Assembly: GCA_963752255.1 (NCBI GenBank)
Contig: CAVVXT010000006.1
Span: 1-62,904, forward strand
Direction of reading: 5' to 3'
Origin: Nitrososphaeria archaeon
Lineage (GTDB): Archaea > Thermoproteota > Nitrososphaeria > JACIWG01
DNA length: 62,904 bases
The notes beneath the pieces were generated by a model. It saw only the letters and a program-made list of their open reading frames with translations, made no database searches and was not told the DNA's origin. Position numbers and translations under genes: made by a program. Shown in pieces: positions 19,911 to 30,398 of the stretch. Within the stretch, counting starts at the first letter, position 1, and every line of letters begins with the position of its first letter.

Positions 19911-20945
19911 ATGACCAAAGACAACTATAAGGAACGGCGGAGTTATGTCCATTTGGGGCATAACAAACTTTTGTTGAGTCATCCCGTGGCTGACGCTTCC
20001 GGTCTAAGGGTCGCCTGCTTTTCGTATCCCGCAGACTTGGGCTCTTGGAACTTTACGAAAGCTTTAGAGCTTGTGAATGTGGACGCGGTGAACTGTGTCA
20101 CCTCACATCATTACTTTGATTATCCCTATTGGTTCGACGTCTCGACCACGAAGGGACAGGTGGGATTTCAAAATTGGCTGGACAAAGGCAAGCCCGATGT
20201 GGTCATAGCGAACAAACATCCCTTATGGGATAGACCTTACCCCATCCGTATCCCCTGCGACGAGTCCAAGCGTCGCGTTATATGGCATCGTGGCAGCATC
20301 TACAGAAGGAACTACGAGAAGATCAACGCGCAGGACAGGTCCGCCAGGCTTATTCGCATGGCCAGCACCTTAGATCTGCTGCAATATGGTAAATCCGACC
20401 TTCATTGGTTTCCCTTACCTCTGCCCGTGAACGAATATGCGACCTTCAGGAGGAGGCGCAGGGGAAGGAAGGTAAGGTTCTTTCACTCACCGACCGTTCG
20501 CGAGGTTAAGGGCACACAAAAGTTCGTCGAGTGCATCGATGAGCTAAAGCACGAATCTTCAGACTACGATGACTTGCAGCTGGTCATCGCAGAGAGGTCG
20601 ACTCACAATGAATGCATGAAAATTAGGAGGACCTGCGACGTGGCACTAGACCAGATCAGCAACTTATGCTATGGCAGCAGCGGATTGGAGGCCTCCTGTA
20701 TGAAGATGCCTGTCGTAGCCAACGTGCATCCGACGGTCTACGACGAGCTCAAAGATCGAGGGATAGAGCCTTGGTTCATTGACCCGGGGTTCAATGAGAA
20801 AGAGAGGCTCAAGGACTGTATTAAGGAGCTCTACAGCGACGCTTCCTTCAGAAAGGAAGTGGGGATGAAGGGTTACAAGTATGTGAGGGAATGGCACGAC
20901 CTAGCTGTCTGTGCGAGGCGCTTCCTTTCAATGATCGATGTCTAA
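19911..20945 (+). CDS. GT-B (GT4-like) glycosyltransferase
   Basis: HSPTVREVKGT, DVALDQ, YGSSGLEASCMKMPVVA, KGYKYVREWHD. Confidence 0.8.
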   Translation: MTKDNYKERRSYVHLGHNKLLLSHPVADASGLRVACFSYPADLGSWNFTKALELVNVDAVNCVTSHHYFDYPYWFDVSTTKGQVGFQNWLDKGKPDVVIANKHPLWDRPYPIRIPCDESKRRVIWHRGSIYRRNYEKINAQDRSARLIRMASTLDLLQYGKSDLHWFPLPLPVNEYATFRRRRRGRKVRFFHSPTVREVKGTQKFVECIDELKHESSDYDDLQLVIAERSTHNECMKIRRTCDVALDQISNLCYGSSGLEASCMKMPVVANVHPTVYDELKDRGIEPWFIDPGFNEKERLKDCIKELYSDASFRKEVGMKGYKYVREWHDLAVCARRFLSMIDV

Positions 20946-21011
20946 ATGCCGTAGTGTGAAATGAATCAACTGGTTCCATAAAGCAAACAAGAAGATGTGA
21001 AAAAATTGTGT

Positions 21012-21221
21012 CTAATTACTTTCGAACTTAACCTTCCTTAGAATTCGTCTTGCTTCTTCCTCTCCTAAGAGTCCTACAAGCCTCTTTTCAGATTCTTCAC
21101 CCTTCCAAGATCCAAGTATCTCTTTCACTGTTTCTCCGATTCCTGGAGACAGGTCTCGAACAGCCTCGTCGATCATGTTTTTTCGCTTAACTACACCTTT
21201 CGGTTTGAACACTTTCCCCAT
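21012..21221 (-). CDS. Small hypothetical protein
   Basis: 69 aa ORF with ATG start and charged composition; TATTTA upstream. Confidence 0.55.
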   Translation of the reverse strand: MGKVFKPKGVVKRKNMIDEAVRDLSPGIGETVKEILGSWKGEESEKRLVGLLGEEEARRILRKVKFESN

Positions 21222-21440
21222 AGAATAGTTACCCCATACTTACTAAATAATCCCTAGAACGTATTAAGGATTCTTTAAGGCAATCTTTACAAGAGGAATA
21301 CTATATTATTATAGTTGAAAATTGTATAATACGTTGAAAATTTCAGCCAAGTTGCGCTTTTAATAGCCACACAGAGCTATCTAAATGGAACCATGGACAG
21401 CTGAAATTAATTTGCTTATATCATTCTCTACGACTCTAAC

Positions 21441-22560
21441 GACGATTTTATGATTCTCAATTGTATCATAGAAAAAGTTCAGCAAATATTTTTAAGAAAG
21501 AACACGGTTGACAGGCTTGTTGAACGATATGAAGTACGTCAGATTAGGCCGGTCAGGATTGAAAGTATCTCCGATAGCGATTGGTTGCATGTCCTTTGGA
21601 AACGCAGAGCCATGGATGGTCGAATTAGAGGACGCAAGGAAGGTTGTACGCAAAGCGCTCGACCTGGGGGTCAACTTCTTCGACACGGCGAACGTCTACT
21701 CCTTAGGCAGGTCTGAGGAGGTAACAGGAGAACTTCTCAAAGACGTCCGAGAAGATGTGATAATTGCTACAAAGGTCTACAGTGTGATGGGGGAGAAGCC
21801 GAACCAGAGGGGTCTCTCACGTAAGCACATAATGAAACAGGTGAGAGATTCTCTGAGGAGGCTTAAAACGGATTACATCGACCTCTACCAGACACACAGG
21901 TGGGACTACGAGACACCGATAGAGGAGACGCTGTCGACTTTAAACGACCTTGTGAGAAGTGGAACAGTTAGGTACATTGGGGCATCGAGCATGTGGGCGT
22001 GGCAGCTTTCAAAAGCGCTGTACACAAGCGAAATCAAAGGCTACGAGAAGTTCACGAGCATGCAGAACAAGTGGAACCTGCTATACAGGGAAGAGGAAAG
22101 GGAGATGATACCGCTGTGCAAGGACCAGAACATAGGGGTTATCCCGTACAACCCCGTCGCAGCCGGCCTGCTGTCCGGACGCTATACGAAAGGTGGAAGA
22201 ATTGAGATCGGCAGGAACGATTTGATGAGGCTTCAGCCGGACTATAGACTTGCCGCGTTATATCGAAAACCTTACGTTGATCCTCCTGAAAACTCTGAAA
22301 TCGTCAGAAGGGTTGCGGAAGTAGCGCAGAATAGGGGAGTGAAGCCGGTTCAGATCGCATTGGCATGGTTGCACCAGAAGGGGGCCACAGCGCCTATCAT
22401 AGGGACTTCGAAGCCCGAGCACGTGCAAGAAGCGTTCGAATCGATGGAGATCAGCCTCTCCGACAAAGACATCACCTACATAGAAGAACCATACGTGCCA
22501 AAAAAGATCGTAGGGCACGCATGATCAATCGTAGTTCTCAAGACACAACAAGGTCTATTA
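21441..22560 (+). repeat. About 1.1-kb duplication including the AKR gene and its flanks (second copy at 32890-34006)
   Basis: Similar promoter region and identical 3' flank; a further shared block at 21306-21356 and 32778-32828. Confidence 0.9.
21529..22524 (+). CDS. Aldo/keto reductase (YajO-like), copy 1
   Basis: MKYVRLGRSGLKVS, GVNFFDTANVYS, IIATK, DYIDLYQTHRWD. Confidence 0.95.
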   Translation: MKYVRLGRSGLKVSPIAIGCMSFGNAEPWMVELEDARKVVRKALDLGVNFFDTANVYSLGRSEEVTGELLKDVREDVIIATKVYSVMGEKPNQRGLSRKHIMKQVRDSLRRLKTDYIDLYQTHRWDYETPIEETLSTLNDLVRSGTVRYIGASSMWAWQLSKALYTSEIKGYEKFTSMQNKWNLLYREEEREMIPLCKDQNIGVIPYNPVAAGLLSGRYTKGGRIEIGRNDLMRLQPDYRLAALYRKPYVDPPENSEIVRRVAEVAQNRGVKPVQIALAWLHQKGATAPIIGTSKPEHVQEAFESMEISLSDKDITYIEEPYVPKKIVGHA

Positions 22561-22624
22561 CATTTCTGAGGTATACGAATCGAAGGTTTGTATCAGAGAG
22601 GAAGCAATTGATCCAAGATTCTTG

Positions 22625-22804
22625 TTATGGTGGCGCTTTAGTTTCCTGCCTAGCTGCTTTTTTTCTTCTTGTACCCCCAGCTCTCCGTCTACCGGTGCTT
22701 TTTGCTCGTACCTCACTGGCTATGTTCTCGTCTTTGGCTTCAGGTGCCTTAGCTATTTCATGAACATTTTCAGGCACCTTTGCAGGCTCTGATTCTTTTC
22801 CCAT
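22625..22804 (-). CDS. Low-complexity A/E/K/R-rich small ORF or 3' gene remnant
   Basis: MGKESEPAKVPENVHEIAKAPEAKDE...RRKKAARQETKAPP (59 aa). Confidence 0.35.
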   Translation of the reverse strand: MGKESEPAKVPENVHEIAKAPEAKDENIASEVRAKSTGRRRAGGTRRKKAARQETKAPP

Positions 22805-22880
22805 AATAGGCTCTACCTTAACGGTCGCTCGTGAACATGTTCCTACGGGAGCAGTGGATGGCTGCTACAAGCTACCTCTC

Positions 22881-24140
22881 TCAAGGGGTAGTAGTTGACC
22901 TAGGTTTGTATCTCAAGAGAGCGGCAAAGCCTCCCAAAGCTGTGAGCTTTGCTTTTTCTTCCGACTCTGGAGATATCACCTCAACCCTTGCGTCTGTCTG
23001 TGAAGCCACATCCTCTAAGACATCTATTATGTCCTTCTCCTCCACCTCGTATTCAACCGCGTTGCACTTCTCGCATGGGCTCGATATCATTTCCTGTACA
23101 GTTTGAACCTTCTTCTCCTTATCCACTATCTTCGCCCTTGATAGTTCGCATCTTTTGCACATTACAACAATTTCAATCATATCTGTACTATCTGTCACTA
23201 GTGCAACTTCCACTTCACCGTTCTTAAGCGCGTTCAACACTGAATCTAGGCCGCTAATAGCCAAACCGTCTTGCTTGCCCATATCTGCCAGAAGGCGCTG
23301 CACAGTCCTCTTCTCCTCTGGCGCACACATATTCTTCAGTGCCTCAGATGATTTGTCAAGCACCTCTCTCACTCCTTCTCTGCCGGCGGATTGCGTATCA
23401 ACTCTGCCCAGAAGCATATTCTTTAGCTCATAATGAAGGTAATCACCCTTTAAGAAATCCTCTTTCGTTGGTCCCGGTCCTCCAACTATCAACGCCGTAA
23501 CTTTATGGTTCTCGAGAAATGCCTTTGTTGCATGCTCCGCAACCCTGTGGAAATAGTATGTGAGTTCCATGTCGCGTTCTCTCTCGTACCTCCTCTGGCT
23601 CTCCCCGCCCTTTCCAGACTTCCCTGGAATCCCCGACGTGATATTTTCGATTAATTCGAGGCTTTCACCATTTAGTATCCCAAAGCTAGCCTCCTTTGAA
23701 TCCATGGCGATAAGCCCCACAACTCTTTGGTCTCTCAGCATTTCCCTTAGCGGCTCTAACTGGAAATGGTCGTCAACCTCGTAAAGATAGGCGGTAATCG
23801 GCTCTGGTGGGACGACCTCTTCGACGTTCAAAACTTCGCTTTCCGGATCGTTCGCGACGAAAGTTCCAGCAAATATCGCGAGCCCATTCTCTGGAATTTC
23901 CTTCTGCAGCTTTAGACGCTGGATTACATTCTTGAGGGCGTCTTGAAGGCGATCCCTAACGCTCTCAGATTTCATGACAGCAGAATCAGACTCCTCCTTG
24001 AGGATTGCGACTATCTCATCTATTGATTTCTCCCGAGGTATGTAGAGCGAGATGAACTCCATTCCCCTTCCCTCTTTGTCTGATAGCCACGCTATGAGCT
24101 TCCTCAGTTTGTGCTGTTTCACAGAATTAGTGGTTGCCAT
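22881..24140 (-). CDS. prf1: Divergent peptide chain release factor aRF1/eRF1 paralog (GGE in place of GGQ)
   Basis: ISLYIP, PENGLAIFAG, GIPGKSGKGGESQRR, VGGPGPTK, a Zn-site insertion CKRC/CEKC and C-terminal GGFAALLRY; probable start MATTNS at 24140. Confidence 0.9.
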   Translation of the reverse strand: MATTNSVKQHKLRKLIAWLSDKEGRGMEFISLYIPREKSIDEIVAILKEESDSAVMKSESVRDRLQDALKNVIQRLKLQKEIPENGLAIFAGTFVANDPESEVLNVEEVVPPEPITAYLYEVDDHFQLEPLREMLRDQRVVGLIAMDSKEASFGILNGESLELIENITSGIPGKSGKGGESQRRYERERDMELTYYFHRVAEHATKAFLENHKVTALIVGGPGPTKEDFLKGDYLHYELKNMLLGRVDTQSAGREGVREVLDKSSEALKNMCAPEEKRTVQRLLADMGKQDGLAISGLDSVLNALKNGEVEVALVTDSTDMIEIVVMCKRCELSRAKIVDKEKKVQTVQEMISSPCEKCNAVEYEVEEKDIIDVLEDVASQTDARVEVISPESEEKAKLTALGGFAALLRYKPRSTTTP

Positions 24141-24469
24141 CTGGCATCCGTGAAAATGCATTACTTTTTCAGTAACCAAATTTGACACCCCAACATTCAG
24201 TTACGGTAGAGACTAATTTATTAGTTTCCCAGAATTAGAGCCAATTGGTTCCACTTTCAAAGTTTGGTTTCAGACTACTTATTGCGCGCATGTGGAAAGA
24301 TCCGTCACTTAAAATATGCGACATAGAAGATCTATCTATTACAGAGCACCAACGGACTAAAGGTATCTGCATTTAATTAGGGTCAGAAACGCAAAATGTT
24401 GTTTCTTAATCGTGAACTTGACAAAATACTTAAACGGAAGCGCGGGCGATTTCATTTGATCATCAATAT

Positions 24470-25275
24470 TTACAAAGGCAAAGCTCCTATGAAGTGACCG
24501 ATCAAGAATCCGGCAAGACCTGCGGTCAGCCCGATTGCCGCCATCTGCAAGCCGATCCTCCATAGAGAGCCCACGGTGGTCTTCGCTTCGTAGACCCCGA
24601 TGAAGAAGAGGGCGACGCCGCTTAAAATCACTGATGCTTCCGTTCCGGTGAGAATATTTGTTCCAACGAAAAGGTATGGTATCAGAGGTATGAAAGACCC
24701 AAATACGGTGGAAGATCCGACAACTAAGGCACTGCGCCTCGCTTCAGACTTGTCAACAGGCGCAAGATCGAGTTCGTACACATCATGAATTCAAGCATCG
24801 CCTTTGGGTTCTTAGCTATACGTTCCGTCAAATCTTCAAGTTCTTTCCCTTCATAGCCCCAACCTCTGAAGATCTGCCTCACCTCTTCCAGTTCGATTTC
24901 GGGGACATCTTTCATCTCTTGACTTTCTCTATCCGCTTCCTTTAGATAGACTCGTCGCCTCGCCGCGGTGGAGGTGTAGGCGACAGCTCCCATCGAAATG
25001 GACTCGGCTCCAAGAGCGGCCAGAGCTGCAACGAAGAAAATTCGGACATCGGTTGTTGCCGCAGTCAACCCCAGGAGAATACCCAGTACGTTTACCAGAC
25101 CATCCTGACTCCCAAGGATAAAGTTGGAGAGGAGAGTGGGGCGCGAGTGTCTTTCACTCTTGACTTTGGCACGTACAGTCTTCGTTGGATTTGCGTTTCC
25201 TGCGTTCCTTTCAATGCTTTTCAGATATTCGTCAACTGAATTCAACCGTGTTTCCTCCAATAGTTTCTTGGCCAA
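24470..25275 (-). pseudogene. VIT1/CCC1 family iron/manganese transporter with a frameshift near 24781
   Basis: ILGSQDGLV, AESISMG, FMM-(x)-YEL, GSFIPLIPY. Confidence 0.85.
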
Positions 25276-25661
25276 GAATTACTTAAGATTTGCTGAAATA
25301 GAGGTTACATCCACGTCCATTTTCATCACTTGATAGAATATAATGATGAGTTCAGGTCTTAAGACTTTAGCGCGCTGCATTTTAGAGGCAGTTTTTAGAA
25401 TAATCCCAGGATGTGTATTAAGGCCCCGTTGATCAGGGAAACCATCCAAACAACGACCCAGCCACAAAGCCTCAGCCGTATCCTTACAACGAGAAGAACT
25501 ACTATGTAAATGTATTCAACAACGTGTGGCAAGCTTAGATTTGGCGTTATGCTGGTCTATGGGACGATAGTTCTATTCTATCTGTTCAAAAAGATCTTCC
25601 AAGGAACTTTTCACTAATAACATAAGATACACAAAGAACGTTTATGAAATAACTTTGTGAA

Positions 25662-26820
25662 CTACCTATGAGTAAACTCGTAGGCTTCTTGCTTCACAGG
25701 AACAAACTTGCTTATCCGCCTGCGTTGGACAAGTAGAGGCAGTTCCTCCACACGGGCCTGTTCCAGACCCGCAGCCAGAATATTGCGTGCCGCATTCACG
25801 TCCCTGTCGAGGACGAGACTGCAGTTCGGGCACGAGTGCGTCCGTTCTTCCAGTCCTTTCGGAACCAGCTCTCCGCATCCAGAGCATTTCTGCGATGTCC
25901 CACTTGGGTTGACGAGTATCACTCGTCCACCACGCCTTTCTGCCTTGTAGGCAGTTAGTCGGCGTAGTTGACCCCAAGAGGCATCCATTATTGCCGATGC
26001 CAGATTGTGGTTCTTCACCATGTTCGGAATCTTCAGGTCTTCGAAGACGATGGTCGAGTATTCAGATGCCAGATTAGCAGAGACTTTATGTGCGACATCA
26101 AGACGTTGGTTCCGCACCTTTCTCCAAGCCTTGGCGAGCAAGACCTTGGCCTTTTCTCTGTTGAGCCGAGCCTTTCTTCTTCCTTGACAGGCGCCTTTGA
26201 AGCGACGTGATTCTGAGTGACGGAGTTGTCGAGATGTCGTGGATTCTCGAAGACTCTGCCGTTACTCAGAGTCGCAAGATTCACTACCCCAAGGTCTACT
26301 CCGACTGGTTTGCCCTCTTCTGTGGCTCGAATCGGTTTGGAGATTCTGTTTCAGCCGAGATGCAGGCATACCACTGGTCGATATCCCTGATGATGGTGCA
26401 AGTCTTCGGCGTTCCTTCAATCGGCTCGGTGCATTTTCGCTTTGACCAGACCTATCTTTGAAAGCCGGAGTCTGTCTCGCCAACAATTTTAAACCCACCG
26501 AGTTGAGGATACTTGAACGAGTTGTATCTGTCTTTCCGTTTGAACTTGGGGTATCTTGAAAGCCCGCGTAGAACGCCCCATATGCTTTGTCCAATCTGAA
26601 GCACGACGTCTTGCAAGACCTGGGAGTGAACTCCCATCAAGAACTTGTTACCACGGCGGAACGCAGTGAGGGCCCTCTTCTGTTCGAACGCCTTGGCACT
26701 TGGTATCGAATCCTATCATCCAGCAAGGTCGTTGTAGAGGAGCCTGCAAGTCTCAAGAGTCTCTATCATCAATCTGTTCTGAGTCTTGGTTGGATAGAGC
26801 CTGAACTTGTAGGTAATCAA
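25662..26820 (-). pseudogene. tnpB: TnpB RNA-guided nuclease with several frameshifts
   Basis: TYKFRLYPT at the N-terminus, VGVDLG, VFEDL, CSGCG/CPNC zinc finger and DRDVNAARNI spread over different frames. Confidence 0.9.
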
Positions 26821-27215
26821 ATCCCTTTCTGCCCCGCAATATATCTCTGGATGGTTTCTGAAGACACGTGCCCATACGTGGAGACAAAGTAACTTCTTGA
26901 CCAAAGTGTCGGTAGTCTTGACCGAAGATGTGGGAACTCTCTTCGTAACTCGTGGGAAGTGAATCCCTTCAAAGCAGCCACTATTCTGTTCGGGGTGGCA
27001 GTAGGTTTGGCTTTGACGAAGATGTGGACGTGGTCTGACATCGTCTCCAAAGAGATTATTTCGCAGTCTATTGATTTGGACTTCTGTTCGAGTAACGCAC
27101 GAAGTCTGGTTTCCACTCCGCCAACCAGCACTGGCCTGCGATATTTCGTACACCACACGAAGTGGTAGTTCATGAAATGAACTGAAGTCTGCGAAGCGTC
27201 GTATCCCTTTGGCAT
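26817..27215 (-). CDS. tnpA: IS200-type Y1 HUH transposase TnpA
   Basis: YHFVWCTKYRR, DHVHIF, LWSRSYF, IQRYI; frame intact. Confidence 0.95.
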   Translation of the reverse strand: MPKGYDASQTSVHFMNYHFVWCTKYRRPVLVGGVETRLRALLEQKSKSIDCEIISLETMSDHVHIFVKAKPTATPNRIVAALKGFTSHELRREFPHLRSRLPTLWSRSYFVSTYGHVSSETIQRYIAGQKGI

Positions 27216-27396
27216 ATTATATGTATGCTATTCACATACTACTAGTAATATAAGCATTACGGGCTCGCTTTCATCCCACCCCTGAAGGGTGTGAGGTTTC
27301 TCGCTCGCAACGGCTAATTCTCAGGATTGAGAATTGTCCCCAATGCATAAATCGGCGTCTTTTGCTTATATCAGGTAAAGGAGGAGTTGATCGTCA

Positions 27397-27674
27397 ATGT
27401 CCCAATCGAATGTTAAAGAAAGACAACAACGAGCTCACGAACCAGAGTTAGCGCACGAACCCAGTTGGAGAGGGTTTTATCGCGTAAGCGTAATCTTACT
27501 AATGTTGGGTGGCTTGCGTTTGGCATCTTCCAGTTCCTGGCCGTGCCTGCCATCGCATTCTGGTTCATCTTCTTGGGTGTCCAGTTGTTTCACCATGGTA
27601 CCCGCCTCGTTACCGATGCTGTCAGTCGCTCCAACCCATCCAAATCTACCGCCATGCCTCCTATGTTCAACTAG
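27397..27674 (+). pseudogene. Internally deleted membrane-protein gene (DUF4386-like)
   Basis: GGAGG RBS; N-terminal EPSWRGFYRVS joined out of frame to C-terminal LAVPAIAFWFIFLGVQL. Confidence 0.45.
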
Positions 27675-27686
27675 GTGTGAACGTAG

Positions 27687-28388
27687 ATGAAGTCACGCGT
27701 GGCACTTGGAAAGACCAAGGCGATGGCACTCCTCACGATACTTCTCGTCGTAGCAGCGTTTGTTGCGGGGCTCTACCTAGATGTTGCGGGATACTTAGAG
27801 ACTCGGACCACACAGACCACTTCTCCGCTTCCGACGCCTGCGACGGTCAATGTCTTCGGGCTCGTATCCACCGTGGGTCAGGGAACCCACTTGGTTGCCT
27901 TGATGTTCACAAACGTCCACACCGGCGTGAATCTTACCGCCCCCGTCTCGAACGGGAAGTTCTCCATTGACCTCCCCAACAGAGCGGTCTACGATGTCGT
28001 CGCGCGATGGGCGGGGAACTACTCGTGGCAGACAGGCGACGTTGACAGAGGAGACCTTACGGTCAACATGTCGGCAGGCTCGATGGGCGCCATGTCGTAC
28101 AACCTCCAGGTCGAGACCCCGCCCACCATCCTTGCAGTCCAGGGGACGATTCTGCAGTCGATTACTTCAGCGACCCCGGTCAAGGTCGTGTACACGGCCT
28201 CAGATGGCGAAACATTCGAGGCCGCAGTGCAGAACACCACTTTCTCCATAAGACTTCCTAACATGATGGATTACCAAGTCAAGGTCTTCTGGCAGTACGC
28301 TGACGGCACGACAGACTATTACTTCGCCAACAACCAGACCGTCCGTGAGGGGGTCGGGGTGACCGGACTGGACCTTGTTATTGGGTAG
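27687..28388 (+). CDS. Membrane-anchored extracellular beta-sandwich protein with two repeated domains
   Basis: Signal anchor, Thr/Pro linker, and repeated GKFSIDLPNRAVYDV / TTFSIRLPNMMDYQV. Confidence 0.75.
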   Translation: MKSRVALGKTKAMALLTILLVVAAFVAGLYLDVAGYLETRTTQTTSPLPTPATVNVFGLVSTVGQGTHLVALMFTNVHTGVNLTAPVSNGKFSIDLPNRAVYDVVARWAGNYSWQTGDVDRGDLTVNMSAGSMGAMSYNLQVETPPTILAVQGTILQSITSATPVKVVYTASDGETFEAAVQNTTFSIRLPNMMDYQVKVFWQYADGTTDYYFANNQTVREGVGVTGLDLVIG

Positions 28389-28612
28389 GTGTGCCACTGG
28401 TTGGAGAAGTCCGAGATCTATGAAGGTAATAATTCTAACTAGGCAGACGACCTTTCCAGGTGTTTGAAGGAAATAAAATTAGCTACTAAGGGCAAGGACA
28501 TGGCTGGAAGGGAACCAAGTAATGGATTGATTGAAGTCTAATATTCTAGACAGATCAAGATAATTGGTCTAGGAAAGAAGATTTAAATAAAATCGAGCTC
28601 TGATTATTTATT

Positions 28613-28816
28613 ATGGTAAAACTTGACAGACGATTGGTTAATTCACGAACCGCAATACTATGGGTCATGACTGCTCTTGCTGTGGGTAGTCTTGGGGCAT
28701 CATTAAGCGACATAATTAGACAAAACTCTTGGTTTATAATTTATTTGGGCTTGATATATTGTTGGCTTTTCTTGCTTACAGGGATCTCTACGGTGCATCT
28801 AAACGAAAAGAAGTGA
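28613..28816 (+). CDS. Small two-TM protein
   Basis: 67 aa; BRE/TATA-like GAAAGAAGATTTAAATA upstream. Confidence 0.55.
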   Translation: MVKLDRRLVNSRTAILWVMTALAVGSLGASLSDIIRQNSWFIIYLGLIYCWLFLLTGISTVHLNEKK

Positions 28817-29061
28817 CCTCTCTAAGCTAGAGCATTGTGGGTTTGATGTCTTTCTATTTATCTTTATGTGGTGAATCTAAGTAGTGGGAAGGAAAGGAAA
28901 TTAAAATTTAATCCCAAAACTAAACACACCGGGAGCAAGCTTTGAATTCGAATGTGAATGTAAATGTGGATAAGTCAGGTGGATTTGAATGTGGACCAAA
29001 TTAACTTTTAATAAAAGGTTAGCGGGATTAAAATGGCAATTAAAAGAGGTGTAAAAAGTAG

Positions 29062-29376
29062 ATGAGCGTAACAAGTTTAGCTTTAAGGCTTGTTGGTGTT
29101 TACTTTATGGTTTCCGGTGCCTTTGGAGTGATTTTTATTCTCTCTTTTTTTGCCGAAAGACAAATATGGTATCCTTTTATGCAAAATAGCTTATTAGATA
29201 TATTTCTTCTATTACCATTTTTAGTTCTCCTTATTTTTACTGTATCTAGGCAAATAACGGCTTTGATAGCAATTTTTTTTCCATTCGTTGGTATGCTGTA
29301 TGTGGTTTTAGGATATTGGTTGCTTCTTAACGGGAGCAGAATTGCAGAATTACACCGGCCTCCCCACGCACCATGA
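29062..29376 (+). CDS. Hypothetical membrane protein
   Basis: GAGGTG RBS; three hydrophobic segments. Confidence 0.55.
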   Translation: MSVTSLALRLVGVYFMVSGAFGVIFILSFFAERQIWYPFMQNSLLDIFLLLPFLVLLIFTVSRQITALIAIFFPFVGMLYVVLGYWLLLNGSRIAELHRPPHAP

Positions 29377-29594
29377 TCGCCCTCTGACAAGTCTAGAAAT
29401 AAAAGTTGAAAAGCTCCATAACCCCAATATCAATAAAGAGAACGTAATGGATGGTTGCTATGTTCGCAATTTTCTCCTGCAGCAACAGATATTCGAAACT
29501 CCAAACGATCCCAATCACTCGTCTCGAACTGTTGACTTCTGGTCAAGGATAGAGGAATTAAATAGCTTCGAACCGTAGAGCACCCTGAGAGACA

Positions 29595-30095
29595 ATGTCC
29601 AGCTCAGCCGAGCTCTTTGAGAAGATCGCCCATCCTACGCGAATCAGGGTTCTGGAAGTTCTCGAGTCCACTCCCCTGAGCTTTGGAAAGCTGAAGAATG
29701 AGCTGGGAATCTCCAGCAGCGGCAACTTGGACTACCACCTGAAGAAACTGGAAGGGTTGATTGTCCTCGATCCTGAAGGGAACTATCGGCTTTCCGATGA
29801 AGGGAAGGAAGCCTTGGTGGCGGTCCGAATCATAGAGTCAAGTGCAGCTGCTAGAGACCAAGCGGGTCAGAGGAAGACTGGGGTCGCCGACTCCATCTCC
29901 AACGTGTTCATCCTGATCTGGATGATATCTGCCTTCATTTCTTTCGGAGTGGTTTCATACCTTGCGCTTGGCCAGCCTCTTGGCTACTCCATAGGGCAGG
30001 GGTCTTTCATTTCGTTGTTCATGGGAGCGTCCATGCTACTCATTAGGTGGATCGCCAGGAGGATGTCATCGCGGCGCAACGTTGGCAATCCTTGA
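29595..30095 (+). CDS. ArsR-family wHTH regulator with two C-terminal TM helices
   Basis: LFEKIAHPTRIRVL...SSGNLDYHLKKL...YRLSDEGKEAL; same architecture as the gene at 520. Confidence 0.85.
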   Translation: MSSSAELFEKIAHPTRIRVLEVLESTPLSFGKLKNELGISSSGNLDYHLKKLEGLIVLDPEGNYRLSDEGKEALVAVRIIESSAAARDQAGQRKTGVADSISNVFILIWMISAFISFGVVSYLALGQPLGYSIGQGSFISLFMGASMLLIRWIARRMSSRRNVGNP

Positions 30096-30398
30096 GTTAA
30101 CCTTCCGCATCCCTCAATCGTCCCGCTTTTTCCTGCATCGGTTAGGTTTCTTTTAGGATTTAATTGTCGAACAACAAATTTAACGTTTCATTTCCTTTTA
30201 AAAACACTGCGATTAAATGTATTTTCATTTGTCTTACAAGATTTAAAAACAATTTGTTTCCATATGTTCTCTAAATGTCACATCATATTTCAAAAATATC
30301 GTATCTCTACCAAGCACAGCATAAGATATTCCGTCTGATGCACAAGATGAGTGGAAGTTCATTAGGTTGCATTCACGCGATTTAAATTGCAGGCTTCT

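Larger units (their letters stand above)
25657..27313 (-). mobile_element. IS200/IS605-family element (IS605 group: tnpA plus tnpB)
   Basis: Left-end hairpin at 27275-27295 with AAAC guide and TTAG target at 27314-27317; right end GAAG-CCTACGAGTTTACTCATAGG-TAGTTCAC ending at 25657. Confidence 0.9.
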
